A stretch of DNA of 64,000 nt from Polyangiales bacterium (lineage in GTDB: Bacteria; Myxococcota_A; Polyangia; Polyangiales; Polyangiaceae): assembly GCA_038231275.1 (NCBI GenBank), contig JBBRLQ010000006.1, positions 64,001 to 128,000 of the forward strand. Direction: 5' to 3'. Shown in pieces: positions 1-11,472 of this stretch (positions are counted from its first letter, which is position 1; each line of letters starts with the position of its first letter). The position numbers and the translations under genes were made by a program. The notes beneath the pieces are model-generated. The model saw only the letters and a list, made by a program, of their open reading frames with translations, was not told the origin of the DNA and searched no databases.

Positions 1-1166
<1,166 letters not shown>

Positions 1167-1264
1167 GATCCGTCCACCTCTCGCCTGTTCGCGTCACGAA
1201 ACGCGCAAGGAGAAGAGGGTAATCCACCCCGCCCCGGATCACTAGCCGCGGAAACGACCGTAAT

Positions 1265-2155
1265 TTACTGGCATTCGAGCGGCGGGAGCTCGGCGGCAGA
1301 GGCGCCGTCGGCGATCGCGCGCGCCTGGCCGAAGACCTTCCGGTACGTGTCGATTCGCGCGAAGACGGAGAGGTTGCGAGTGTTCTCGTCGCCATCCATC
1401 GCGCTCAGGCTGATGACGCCGACGACCTCGTTGGTGCGGCGCGAGATGATGGGGCCGCCGGAGTCGCCGGGGCAAATCGAAGCGGTGAGCATCAGCGTCT
1501 CGCTCGTGATCGCGCGGACGTGACCGCCCGGTCGGACCTTGCGGCGGATGCCGTCGTCGGAGAGCGCGCAGCGTCCGAAGCCGGCGGGCGCGAGCTCCTC
1601 GCCGATCTCCGGCGGGTGATCGAGGCGCGCCTTGGGCGGCGGCGCCTTGAGCGGGTTCTTCGTCATCATGCCGGCGAGCTTGCGCTTCAGCACCAGCACT
1701 GCGACGTCCCCGTTGCCGCCCGCCTCACCGCACGGAGGTGCGACGATGGCCGACACGCCCACGCTGCCCCACGGGAGATAGTCGCCCCCGAGCTCGACGC
1801 CGACCGACGCCGGATCGAGGACGTCCTTCGTGTACTCGCCCTTCGGCCCGCGGCGCACGATGCAGTGGTGTGCGGTGAGGACGAGATCGTCCTCGACGAG
1901 CGTGCCGGAGCAATTCATCTGCGGCCCGACGACGCGAACGATCACGTCGTCCCCTTCGAGGAGCGAGATCGGCGGCGCGAAGAGGACGCGCGGGTCTTCT
2001 TGCGTCTGCGCGGCGGGCCTGACCGCCGGACCTTTCGCGCGCGCGAACGGCATGGCGCAGCCGGTCGAGCCAAACGCCGTCGCCAGCGCGGAAGCCGCGA
2101 CGACGAGCGAGAGAAGGTTGTTGGTGAGGCGGGGCAAGGGCGAGCTTTGACGCAC
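1265..2155 (-). CDS. trypsin-like (S1) serine protease, probable lipoprotein
   Basis: CSGTL, LTAHHC, DVAVL and GDSGGP catalytic-triad motifs; hydrophobic leader ending TGC; GTG start approximate. Confidence 0.85.
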   Translation of the reverse strand: MRQSSPLPRLTNNLLSLVVAASALATAFGSTGCAMPFARAKGPAVRPAAQTQEDPRVLFAPPISLLEGDDVIVRVVGPQMNCSGTLVEDDLVLTAHHCIVRRGPKGEYTKDVLDPASVGVELGGDYLPWGSVGVSAIVAPPCGEAGGNGDVAVLVLKRKLAGMMTKNPLKAPPPKARLDHPPEIGEELAPAGFGRCALSDDGIRRKVRPGGHVRAITSETLMLTASICPGDSGGPIISRRTNEVVGVISLSAMDGDENTRNLSVFARIDTYRKVFGQARAIADGASAAELPPLECQ

Positions 2156-2241
2156 GACGCTCCGTCGAGGGGGGGTTCGGGAAACGGCAACAGAGGAGAG
2201 GAAGTGGCGGCTTGCCGGCCGTAGCCTGGCTCGTCGTCGTT

Positions 2242-2769
2242 TCAGCGAACCGCGAGACGCGCTTGGCGCGTGGCGTTGTGATAAGCGACGGCGCTCGCCT
2301 CGGGATGAGCGTTCGCGTCCTCGACTCCGAGCTCGACGAGCTGGCGCATGATGTCGGCGCGGCGCGTCGCGGATGCCAAGAGCCAGGTGTCGCAGCGCGA
2401 GATGCCGTCGATGCCGGGCTCGCACGCGTCGAGCACGCGCTGCTCCGCGGCGAGCGCATCGACGGCGCGCCCTTGCTCGAGGAGCGCGCGCGCATAGAGG
2501 TGATCGATGATCGGCTCGGTGCGCACTTGCGGCGGCGCCGACTCGACGACGTTGAGCGCCAGACCCGGCACGCGCGCATCGAGGTAGGCCTGCGCGAGAT
2601 CGCGTACGGCGATGGGATCGGCCGGCCGCTCAGCGACCTGCGTCTCGAGAGCCCGAACGCGCATCGACTGCTGCTCGTTCAGAATGGGCTTCTCACGCTG
2701 GGTTCCCGACGCGAGCCACAACGAGGCCAGCGCCGCCAGGACCACAACGTTCCACGCCTTCAGACCCAT
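2242..2769 (-). CDS. hypothetical exported protein with TPR-like helices
   Basis: 175-aa ORF, N-terminal hydrophobic segment, LAQAYL / LYARALLEQG TPR-like helices. Confidence 0.7.
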   Translation of the reverse strand: MGLKAWNVVVLAALASLWLASGTQREKPILNEQQSMRVRALETQVAERPADPIAVRDLAQAYLDARVPGLALNVVESAPPQVRTEPIIDHLYARALLEQGRAVDALAAEQRVLDACEPGIDGISRCDTWLLASATRRADIMRQLVELGVEDANAHPEASAVAYHNATRQARLAVR

Positions 2770-3067
2770 TCGCTCTCCCGGTTACGCGCGCCACGAACCT
2801 CAGCTGCAGGCAGTCAGACGTACAGCCAGACAAAAAGTTGTACGGCAGCACCCATTTTGTCTTCCGCAGGGGGGGAGACAAGACAGGGCGACGGAAGTTC
2901 CTGACCGGAGAGAAAAAGAGTGGGCGCGTGTGGGCAGCGAAAGAAACGCCTTGGGGCTTTGAACGCACGAGCCCGGCTGGCATTGGGTAAGTGAGCGGGT
3001 CCCGTGGGCGAAGTCAGATCAACTTATTGAATTTACTCATCAATAATTCGCTAAATTGACCCGATAC

Positions 3068-3556
3068 CTAGCCGGCTCCGGCGTCATTCGGCGTCTTGCA
3101 ATCGGGTGTGCAGCGGTTCGTCGAGCACGCGTTGGCACGGTTGTAGTCGTCGATCCCGCCGTCGTGAGCCGCCGCGCAGTTCTGAGGGCAGGTGATGAAA
3201 TCGAAGCCGCACTTGCCGATGCAGTCGCCGAGCGCCTTGCACTCGGCGTTGGTGACGAAGCACCGCGTGAGCTCCTCGCAGCAGTTTCGGTTTAGGCAGT
3301 CATCGCACGGCGGGTAGTAGGTCCAGGGCGTGCTGCACCCTGTGTCCGGGCGCGGCGTTCCATCCGTCACGGCGCCGTCCGACGACACGATCGCATCGGG
3401 AGTGGTCGCGTCGACGGCGCCGCCTTCGCCGCCGGGCGCCGCGCCGTCGCGGAACGTAGCCTCGTCCTCTTGGTGGAGCGGGAGCACCCATTGGCAACCG
3501 GCGCCGGCCGCCGCCACGCACGCGAGGGCGAGCGCGGTGAGTCGGCGCGGGCTCAA
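3068..3556 (-). CDS. Cys-rich lipoprotein
   Basis: TTG start overlaps the upstream stop (TTGA); lipobox-like AGAGC; C-terminal Cys cluster CDDCLNRNCC...C. Confidence 0.7.
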   Translation of the reverse strand: MSPRRLTALALACVAAAGAGCQWVLPLHQEDEATFRDGAAPGGEGGAVDATTPDAIVSSDGAVTDGTPRPDTGCSTPWTYYPPCDDCLNRNCCEELTRCFVTNAECKALGDCIGKCGFDFITCPQNCAAAHDGGIDDYNRANACSTNRCTPDCKTPNDAGAG

Positions 3557-4380
3557 AATGCGCCTCCCACTTCGGGCGCGCGGAAGCCGGTGCGCGCGGA
3601 TCGCGCGGGGCGATCGACGAGCCACCAAACGAACGCCGCGCCGACGAGCACGATCCCGGCGCCGAGCGCGACGTCCGCGGCGACGAACTCGCGGTTCACC
3701 GTCCCGTAGCTCCCGCTCGAACAGCCTCGATCGCAGCCGAGGTGCGCGCGATCGTTCGCGCCCGCGATGGCGAAGCCGCCGAAGACGCCGAGCGACACAA
3801 CACCGAGCCCGCCGAGGATCCAGGTCGGAATCGGAATCGAGCTCGGAGTCGGAGTCGGAGTCGGAGTCGGAGTCGGAGTCGGAGTCGGAGTCGGAGCCGC
3901 CGGAAAGAGGATGGCGATCGAGCGATCGTGCTCCCCCTGTACGAGGAGCACCGTCTCCTCCCGGCGCTCGCCCTTGCTCGAGCGGACGACGATGGTGTGC
4001 TTGCCAGGATCGAGCGGGAGGACGCGGCCGTCGAGGCGCGCGGGGGCGCCGTCGACCGTCGCAGTGGCGTCGAGAAGATCGTGGCCTGCGGAGTCGCGCG
4101 CGACGAGGACGATCGAGGGCAGCGCGCGGCTCACCTCCTCGAGCCACTGCGCGCAGTCGCGCTGGACCATGCCTGGGCAGGCGGCGTCGGTGCAGACCTC
4201 GAGCTTCCGGCGCGCCGTGAGCAGGGCTCCGCCCTTACGCGCGTCTTGCGCGGCGACGTACGCGTCCACGCACGCCGTCCGATCGGGCGCGTCGGCGCGC
4301 GCGCTGGTCGAAGCCATCATCGCCACGCCGGTGAGCGCCGCCGCGAAAAACGACGCACGGCGAGGCACACGGAGACGCAC
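3553..4380 (-). CDS. myxobacterial exported protein with helical N-domain, PEGA-like domain, PT linker and hydrophobic C-terminus
   Basis: Signal peptide ending ARA-D; 'ATVDG...LPLDPGKHTIVV' PEGA-like segment; (PT)n linker. Confidence 0.75.
   Translation of the reverse strand: MRLRVPRRASFFAAALTGVAMMASTSARADAPDRTACVDAYVAAQDARKGGALLTARRKLEVCTDAACPGMVQRDCAQWLEEVSRALPSIVLVARDSAGHDLLDATATVDGAPARLDGRVLPLDPGKHTIVVRSSKGERREETVLLVQGEHDRSIAILFPAAPTPTPTPTPTPTPTPTPSSIPIPTWILGGLGVVSLGVFGGFAIAGANDRAHLGCDRGCSSGSYGTVNREFVAADVALGAGIVLVGAAFVWWLVDRPARSARTGFRAPEVGGAF
3843..3896. repeat. (TCGGAG)9 hexamer microsatellite, encodes Pro-Thr on the - strand
   Basis: Nine perfect units read directly. Confidence 0.95.
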
Positions 4381-4407
4381 GGCAGGACCCTAGCGCCGTG
4401 GCCGCGG

Positions 4408-5901
4408 CTAGTCGAGCGGGCAGTCCGGCTTGGGAATCTTGACGCCACCCTGCCACGTGAACGGAGGATCGCAGCTCGGCGGCCGCGCCGACGCCGGCGG
4501 CCTCGCGGCGGTGGCGGGGGGACGAGCAGGCCGAATCGGAGTCGGAGTCGGAGTCGGAGTCGCGGTCGGAGTCGGAGTCGCGGTCGGAGTCGGAGTCGGA
4601 GTCGCGGTCGGGGTCGGGGTCGGGGTCGGAGTCGCGGTCGGGGTCGCGGTCGGAGTCGCGGTCGCGGTCGCGGTCGCGGTCGCGGTCGCGGTCGTGGCGG
4701 ACCGAAAGCGATCGCGGAAGGCGAACGCCGCAACCGCTGCGAGGAGGACGGCGGCCAGCGCGAAGCGTCGAGTCCGCCGACCAGGCCGCGCCGTGGTCTG
4801 ATCGTAGCCCTCGAGCGCACCTACGATGTCTGCCATCGCACCGAAACGATCTGCCGGCGCCTTTTGCGTCGCCCGACGCACGACCGCGTCGAGCGCCGGC
4901 GGAATGGACGACCCACCGGACGGCGGGAGGCGCGGCAGATCCGTGCTCAGGATCTGCGAGACGAGCGAGAACCCCTTCCCGCTCCACGGCCGCGTGCCGG
5001 TTAGAAGCTCGTACGCGAGCACCCCCCACGCGAACTGATCGCATCGCCCGTCCACGATCTCGCCGCGCAGCTGCTCGGGCGCCATGTACATCGGCGTCCC
5101 CACCACCGCGTCGCTCTGGGTGACCGTGGAGACCTGGCCCCCCGCGACGGCCTCCGCCCCCGGGACGTCGACGTGGCGTGCGATCCCGAAGTCGACGACC
5201 TTGATGACGCCGTCCGCGCGCACCATTACGTTCTCGGGCTTCACGTCGCGATGGACAAGCCCCTGGGCATGCGCGACGCCGAGCGCGCGCGCGACGTCCG
5301 CCAGCCACGACACGCGGCGCGCGAGCGAAATGGACGCGTCACCGACGTGAGCGCGGAGCGACTTGCCCTTCACTAGCTCCATCGCGAGGTACGTGGCTTC
5401 GTCGAGCTGCCCGACGTCGAAGATCGTGACGACGTTGGGGTGCTGGAGCTGCGCGGCGGCCCGTGCTTCGCGGACGAGGCGCTTTCGCTGGGCCTCCGAG
5501 TCGAGCGCCGCGTGCGCGACCACCTTGAGCGCGACGTCCCGCGCGAGCTCCGGATCGTGCGCGACGTACACGGTGCCCATCCCGCCATGGCCGAGCGTCT
5601 CTCCCACGACGTAGCGCCCGAGCTTCGTGCCGGGGCGAACCCGTGCACGCGCGCGGGCCAACAAGCGCGAGAGATCCGCCTCGGCCGACAGAGTGGTCGC
5701 AACCGCAGGGTCGCCGCCCTCCGCGTCGAGCGTGAACGCCGTCCGGGCGACGGAGGCCGCGAGCGCATGGCACGCCGCGCACCCGTCGATGTGCGCCCGG
5801 ATCTCCTCCACTTCGCCCTCGAGGCTCTCCCCCGCGACGAAGGACGCCATCGTGTTGTCGTCCAAGCAGCGCGCCGCCTGCGGTATCTTCGGATCGAACA
5901 T
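4408..5901 (-). CDS. membrane Ser/Thr protein kinase with N-terminal zf-HC2 (anti-sigma-type zinc finger)
   Basis: C...HIDGCAAC (HxxxCxxC); GHGGMG, VALK, HRDVKPEN, DFG, GTPMYMAPE; TM helix followed by a TA/TP linker. Confidence 0.92.
   Translation of the reverse strand: MFDPKIPQAARCLDDNTMASFVAGESLEGEVEEIRAHIDGCAACHALAASVARTAFTLDAEGGDPAVATTLSAEADLSRLLARARARVRPGTKLGRYVVGETLGHGGMGTVYVAHDPELARDVALKVVAHAALDSEAQRKRLVREARAAAQLQHPNVVTIFDVGQLDEATYLAMELVKGKSLRAHVGDASISLARRVSWLADVARALGVAHAQGLVHRDVKPENVMVRADGVIKVVDFGIARHVDVPGAEAVAGGQVSTVTQSDAVVGTPMYMAPEQLRGEIVDGRCDQFAWGVLAYELLTGTRPWSGKGFSLVSQILSTDLPRLPPSGGSSIPPALDAVVRRATQKAPADRFGAMADIVGALEGYDQTTARPGRRTRRFALAAVLLAAVAAFAFRDRFRSATTATATATATATATPTATPTATPTPTPTPTATPTPTPTATPTPTATPTPTPTPIRPARPPATAARPPASARPPSCDPPFTWQGGVKIPKPDCPLD
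4537..4692. repeat. degenerate hexamer array (GTCGGA/GTCGCG/GTCGGG), encodes a Thr-Pro/Thr-Ala linker
   Basis: Read directly in sequence. Confidence 0.9.
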
Positions 5902-6718
5902 GGCTTCTGCGCTCGGTCCCGACTGGCAAGCCGCGCGCGCGGCGTGGCCGGGGGTCGACGTGGGCGAGGAGGAATTCGCCGCCTACGTGACCGACCGAAT
6001 GGATAGCGCCAAAGAGGCCGGCAAGCACGCGGCCCTTCGCACGAGCGATCTCTACCTCGCGTGCGCGTGCGCGCGTGGTGACGGCGCGGCGCTCGGGGCC
6101 TTCGAGCGCGCCTATTTCGCGGAGATCGCGCGCGCGATGCGGCGTACGCGCGCGACGCTCCCCCCCGCCGACGAGCTCACGCAGGTCGTCCGGCACAAGC
6201 TCTTCGTCGCGGACGTGGGCGCGCGGCCGGCCATCGCCGAGTACGGCGGGCGCGGCGACTTGCGCGCATGGCTGCGCGTCCTCTTGAGCCGCATGATCCT
6301 GAACCTCGCGACGCGCCCCAGCCGCGAGGTCCCTTTCGAAGAGGATCTCCTCGCCTCCCTCCTCGGCGACGGCGGCGCGCCCGACCTCGGCGGCGCGAAA
6401 GAGGCCTACCGCGCCGCGTTTCGCGCGTCGTTCCCCGAAGCCTTCGCAGGGCTCCCCGATCGCGATCGCTCGCTCCTCCGCTACGCGTTCGGTGAGGATC
6501 TGACGGTCGAGGCCATCGGCGCCCTCTACGGCGTTCACAAGACGACGGCCGCGCGCTGGGTCGTGCGCGCGCATCAGGCGCTCCTCGACGCTGTTCGCGC
6601 GGCGGTCATCGCGCGCCTCGGCATCGCCGAGGACGAGTACGCAAGCGTCCTGCGGTTGGTCCACAGTCGCCTCGAGCTCTCCCTCGAGCGGTACCTCAAG
6701 ACCCCTCCCGGGCGCTGA
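5900..6718 (+). CDS. ECF-type RNA polymerase sigma-70 factor, myxobacterial type
   Basis: AAWPG...DLYLACACARGD N-terminus typical of myxobacterial sigma factors; region-4 HTH 'LTVEAIGALYGVHKTTAARW'. Confidence 0.85.
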   Translation: MASALGPDWQAARAAWPGVDVGEEEFAAYVTDRMDSAKEAGKHAALRTSDLYLACACARGDGAALGAFERAYFAEIARAMRRTRATLPPADELTQVVRHKLFVADVGARPAIAEYGGRGDLRAWLRVLLSRMILNLATRPSREVPFEEDLLASLLGDGGAPDLGGAKEAYRAAFRASFPEAFAGLPDRDRSLLRYAFGEDLTVEAIGALYGVHKTTAARWVVRAHQALLDAVRAAVIARLGIAEDEYASVLRLVHSRLELSLERYLKTPPGR

Positions 6719-6787
6719 GTGGAGCGAAGCGCAGCGGAGCGAAGCGCTCCTGACGGGAAGGCCTGACCGGCTTTTCCGATCAGGCCT
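6716..6787 (+). repeat. TGA-anchored intergenic repeat, copy 1, with distal hairpin
   Basis: TGAGTGGAGCGAAGCGCAGCGGAGCGAAGCGCTCCTGAC followed by stem-loop 6759-6787; homologous to copies at 25527, 30141 and 36370. Confidence 0.9.
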
Positions 6788-6920
6788 CGATTCGAGAAAA
6801 AGAGCGCCCTTTCGCGCTACGAACCGCCCGCGCCGTGTCTTTCCCCTCGGAAGGCGCAAAGCCCGCGGCGATGCATGCCCGCGCGCGCGCCTCCTCTTGA
6901 ACGAATAGGGAGCGCGAAAC

Positions 6921-7706
6921 ATGATGATGCGAGCGAAGTTTCTCGGAGCGGCCATTGCCGCGCTCGGCGTGATCGCGGCGTGCAGCAGCACGACGAGCAC
7001 CGGCAGCAGCGGAAGCAGCGGAAGCAGCGGAACGAGCGGAGGTGGAGGCGGCGGAGGCGGCGGACCCGACTTTCTTTGCAGCTCGAGCAAGCCGTGTCCC
7101 TCGGGCGAGTTCTGCTTCAACGGCATCTGCGCGTACGGCTGCACCAACGACGGCAACTGCGCGGCGAACCAGTACTGCGACACCGGCTTCAGCAAGACCT
7201 GCCAGAACAAGACGGGCCCCGCCGGCTGCACCAAGGACACCGAGTGCGCGAGCAACCAGGCGTGCGTGAGCGGCCTGTGCAGCGTCGTGCCCGCGACGAG
7301 CCCGACGTGCAAGCCGCCGCCCGGCGCGAACGACGGCTGCGACACGAATTCGGTGTGCCTCGCCGGCAAGCAGGGGCAATCGAACACGTGCTTGACGTTT
7401 CCGTCGTGCGGCCAGGACGGTAGCTGCCCCATCGGCCAGCTCGGCGCGGTGTGCAACGACGGCTACATCCAAGGCAAGGGACGCTTCTGCATGCCCGGCA
7501 TGTGCAAGGACGCGAAGAACTGCCCGACCGGCGACGCGTGCGTCTCCGTCGCGACGGGCGCGCCGCTCGGTCAATGCTCGAACGGCGGGACAGGCCAGGC
7601 GTGCGACGCGACCCACGCGTGCCAGACCGGCCTCACTTGCCAGACGGTGCCGGGCTTCGCGGGCGTGTGCGCGCCGGGCTTTCCCGGCTTCGACGCCGGG
7701 ATCTGA
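6921..7706 (+). CDS. Cys-rich repeat lipoprotein
   Basis: Lipobox IAAC, Gly/Ser linker, repeated CxxxxxCxxxxxC modules. Confidence 0.85.
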   Translation: MMMRAKFLGAAIAALGVIAACSSTTSTGSSGSSGSSGTSGGGGGGGGGPDFLCSSSKPCPSGEFCFNGICAYGCTNDGNCAANQYCDTGFSKTCQNKTGPAGCTKDTECASNQACVSGLCSVVPATSPTCKPPPGANDGCDTNSVCLAGKQGQSNTCLTFPSCGQDGSCPIGQLGAVCNDGYIQGKGRFCMPGMCKDAKNCPTGDACVSVATGAPLGQCSNGGTGQACDATHACQTGLTCQTVPGFAGVCAPGFPGFDAGI

Positions 7707-7718
7707 GGCGACCGCCCG

Positions 7719-8792
7719 TCAGAACGACGACGCGAGCTCGGCGAGCACCCAGTCGCCGACCTCGCGCGTGCCGAGCTCGCCGCCGACGTCGCGCGTGCAC
7801 TTCTTCTCTTCGATCGCGCGCGCGACGAGCGCCTCGAGCCGCGCCTCCTCGGCCGGCCAGCCGAGGTACGCGAGCATCATCCCTACCGTGAGCACCGACG
7901 CGAGGGGGTTCGCGAGGTTCTTCCCCGCGAGCGGCGGCGCGGATCCATGCACCGGCTCGAACATCGCCACGCGCGACGGATCGGCGGCGTGCACGTTCGC
8001 GCTCGCCGCCATCCCGAGCCCTCCTTGGAGCGCGGCGCCGAGATCGGTCACGATGTCGCCGAAGAGGTTGCACGTGACGACGACCTCGAACGGCGACGGA
8101 TCCTGCACGAGGTACAGGCACAGCGCGTCGACGTAGACGTGGACCGCCTCGATGCCGGCGTACTCCTTCGCCACCTCGAAGAAGCAGCGGTACCAGAGCT
8201 CGTGCGCGTGCTTCATCGCGTTCGATTTATCGGCCATGTGCACGCGCTTCTTGCCGTGCTTCTTCGCGAACTCGAAGCCCGCACGGATGAGGCGCTCGAC
8301 GCCCTTTCGCGTGTTGAGGTCCTCGTTGATGGCGATTTCGTCGGGCGTGCCCCTCTTGAACTGACCGCCCATGCCGACGTAGATGCCCTCGGTGTTCTCG
8401 CGAAACACCGTGAGGTCGACGTCCTTCGCTGTGCGGCCCTTGAGCGGGACGAGACGATCGGAGAGCGCTTTGACGGGCCGGACGTTGGCGTAGAGATCGA
8501 GCCCGAAGCGGAGACCGAAGAGGATCTCGCGCGCGTACTCGATGCTCTTCACGCGCGGATCGCCGAGCGCGCCGAGGAGGACGGCGCTCGCGTCGTTGCG
8601 GATGCGGTCGGCGACGTCCTTGGGGTAGGTGACGCCGTCTTTCATGAAGCGGTCCGCACCGAGATCGAGATCCCAAAGCTCCAGCGGCAAGCCGCGCTTT
8701 TCTCGATAAAAATCGAGGATCCGCCGTGCCTGCGCGATGACCTCGGGGCCGATGCCGTCGCCGGGAAGGAGCGCGATGAGCTTGGAGGACAT
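7719..8792 (-). CDS. leuB: isocitrate/isopropylmalate dehydrogenase family protein (3-isopropylmalate dehydrogenase-like)
   Basis: LPGDGIGPEV, FRENTEGIY, NLFGDIVTD and FEPVHGSAP motifs; exact substrate uncertain. Confidence 0.75.
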   Translation of the reverse strand: MSSKLIALLPGDGIGPEVIAQARRILDFYREKRGLPLELWDLDLGADRFMKDGVTYPKDVADRIRNDASAVLLGALGDPRVKSIEYAREILFGLRFGLDLYANVRPVKALSDRLVPLKGRTAKDVDLTVFRENTEGIYVGMGGQFKRGTPDEIAINEDLNTRKGVERLIRAGFEFAKKHGKKRVHMADKSNAMKHAHELWYRCFFEVAKEYAGIEAVHVYVDALCLYLVQDPSPFEVVVTCNLFGDIVTDLGAALQGGLGMAASANVHAADPSRVAMFEPVHGSAPPLAGKNLANPLASVLTVGMMLAYLGWPAEEARLEALVARAIEEKKCTRDVGGELGTREVGDWVLAELASSF

Positions 8793-8817
8793 GGGGCAAA
8801 CACGGTAGCACCGAGGG

Positions 8818-9468
8818 ATGTTCATCGGACACTACGGCGCGTCGCTCGCGCTCAAGGCCGCGGCGCCGAAGGTTCCGCTGGCCGTGTACTTCGTGGCGGT
8901 GCAGGCGCTCGACTTCCTGTTTTGCGGGCTGGTCCTCGCCGGCGTGGAGCGGCTGCGCATCGTGCCGGGGTTCACCGAGGTCAACGCATACGATCTCGTC
9001 TTCATGCCGTACTCGCACAGCCTGATCGGCGCGGCCGGATGGGCGGTCCTCGCGGGGGTGGTGTGGAAGGTTTCGCGCGGCGGCCGGAGCGAGGCGCTCG
9101 CGGTCGGGGCAGCGGTGTTCTCGCATTTCGTGCTCGACGTCCCCATGCACACGCACGATTTGCCGCTCCTCGGAGACACGTCGACGAAGATCGGGCTCGG
9201 GCTCTGGAACCACCGCGCGCTCTCGATCGCGTTCGAGCTGGCGACCTTCGCCGCCGGATGGGCGCTGCTCGCGCGCGCGCAGCCGACGCTCGGACGCGCG
9301 CGGCCGATGCGTACGCTGGGGGCGGTGATGATCGTCCTCCTCGTCGCGACGCCGTTCATGCCGGCGCCGAAGAGCCCCGCGGAGTTCGCGGTCCAGGCGC
9401 TGGCGGCGTACGTGGCGCTGGCCGTCGCAGCCGCGTGGATCGAACGACGCGCCGGACGCGCGACCTGA
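8818..9468 (+). CDS. membrane-bound metal-dependent hydrolase family protein
   Basis: MFIGH, YSHSL and SHFVLD motifs with several TM helices. Confidence 0.75.
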   Translation: MFIGHYGASLALKAAAPKVPLAVYFVAVQALDFLFCGLVLAGVERLRIVPGFTEVNAYDLVFMPYSHSLIGAAGWAVLAGVVWKVSRGGRSEALAVGAAVFSHFVLDVPMHTHDLPLLGDTSTKIGLGLWNHRALSIAFELATFAAGWALLARAQPTLGRARPMRTLGAVMIVLLVATPFMPAPKSPAEFAVQALAAYVALAVAAAWIERRAGRAT

Positions 9469-9469
9469 T

Positions 9470-10198
9470 TCAGCGCGCCGCGAGGGCCAGGGCCACCTCG
9501 ACGACCCCCGGCACGCGCGGGACGTCGGGGTACATGCCCTCGTAGTGCCCGTGCGGGTCGATGAGGGCCGCGCGCATCTTGGCCGCGCGCGCGCCGACGA
9601 TGTCGGTCGAGTGCATGTCGCCGAGGTGCAGCGCCTCTTCGGCGGGGACGCGGAGCTTCTTCAGCGCGACGTCGAAGAAGCGCGGATCGGGCTTCTCCAG
9701 GCCGATGATGCCGCTGTCGAGGAGGAGATCGAAGTGCTCCACGATGCCGAGCTCGGTGAAGAGCTCCGCGAGCATCCCCTCGGAGTTCGACACGAGAACG
9801 ATCTGTACGCCCTTGCGGCGCGCGCGCTCGATCGCGTCGCCGAAGCCCTCCGGCACCTTGCACCAGAAATTTTTCGCCACGTGGAGCGGCCACGCCTCGT
9901 CCAGGAATGCCGGCGCCTTCGCCTCGGGGAGACCCGCCTCGCAGACGATCGTCGCGACCATGGCGCCCCAACCGCGCGCGCCGGGCGCGTCCTCCTTCGA
10001 CCAGCGCACGTCGACCATGCGGCCCTCGGCGTGACGACGCTTCGCCGCCCCCTCGGTGCGCGTGAGCGCCCGGGCGTCGGTCACGAGACCGTGCCGCGAC
10101 GCCAGCTCCGCGAGGCGGCCATGATCGAGGAAAATGACGGTATTTCCCGCGTCGAGCGACAAGAGCCGCACGCCGCGAACGAGCTCCGCGAGCTTCAC
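9470..10198 (-). CDS. HAD-superfamily hydrolase
   Basis: LDAGNT, VSN, EKPDPRFF and HLGD...DIVGA motifs. Confidence 0.9.
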   Translation of the reverse strand: MKLAELVRGVRLLSLDAGNTVIFLDHGRLAELASRHGLVTDARALTRTEGAAKRRHAEGRMVDVRWSKEDAPGARGWGAMVATIVCEAGLPEAKAPAFLDEAWPLHVAKNFWCKVPEGFGDAIERARRKGVQIVLVSNSEGMLAELFTELGIVEHFDLLLDSGIIGLEKPDPRFFDVALKKLRVPAEEALHLGDMHSTDIVGARAAKMRAALIDPHGHYEGMYPDVPRVPGVVEVALALAAR

Positions 10199-10208
10199 GC
10201 GCGCGCGA

Positions 10209-11321
<1,113 letters not shown>

Positions 11322-11472
11322 GGGCGGGCTCCTCGCAGGGGGTGAGTTCGCGGACTATAGCCGCGCCCGGTCGATTGAAAAGGGGCTGCGCGATTGACGC
11401 AGTACGTCGCTCCGCGGAATTTGGCGAATTTGGGGCCGGCGACGCCGCGCCGGCATGTGGTAGCGATGGGGC

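Noticed and set aside
1167-1264. Possible glmS ribozyme upstream of glmS
   Set aside because: The spacer is under 100 bp and no ribozyme core was recognisable
3742-5308. ORFs with RS, SD/RD or GV dipeptide repeats resembling SR proteins or Sdr adhesins
   Set aside because: Alternative-frame readings of the hexamer arrays that encode PT/TA linkers
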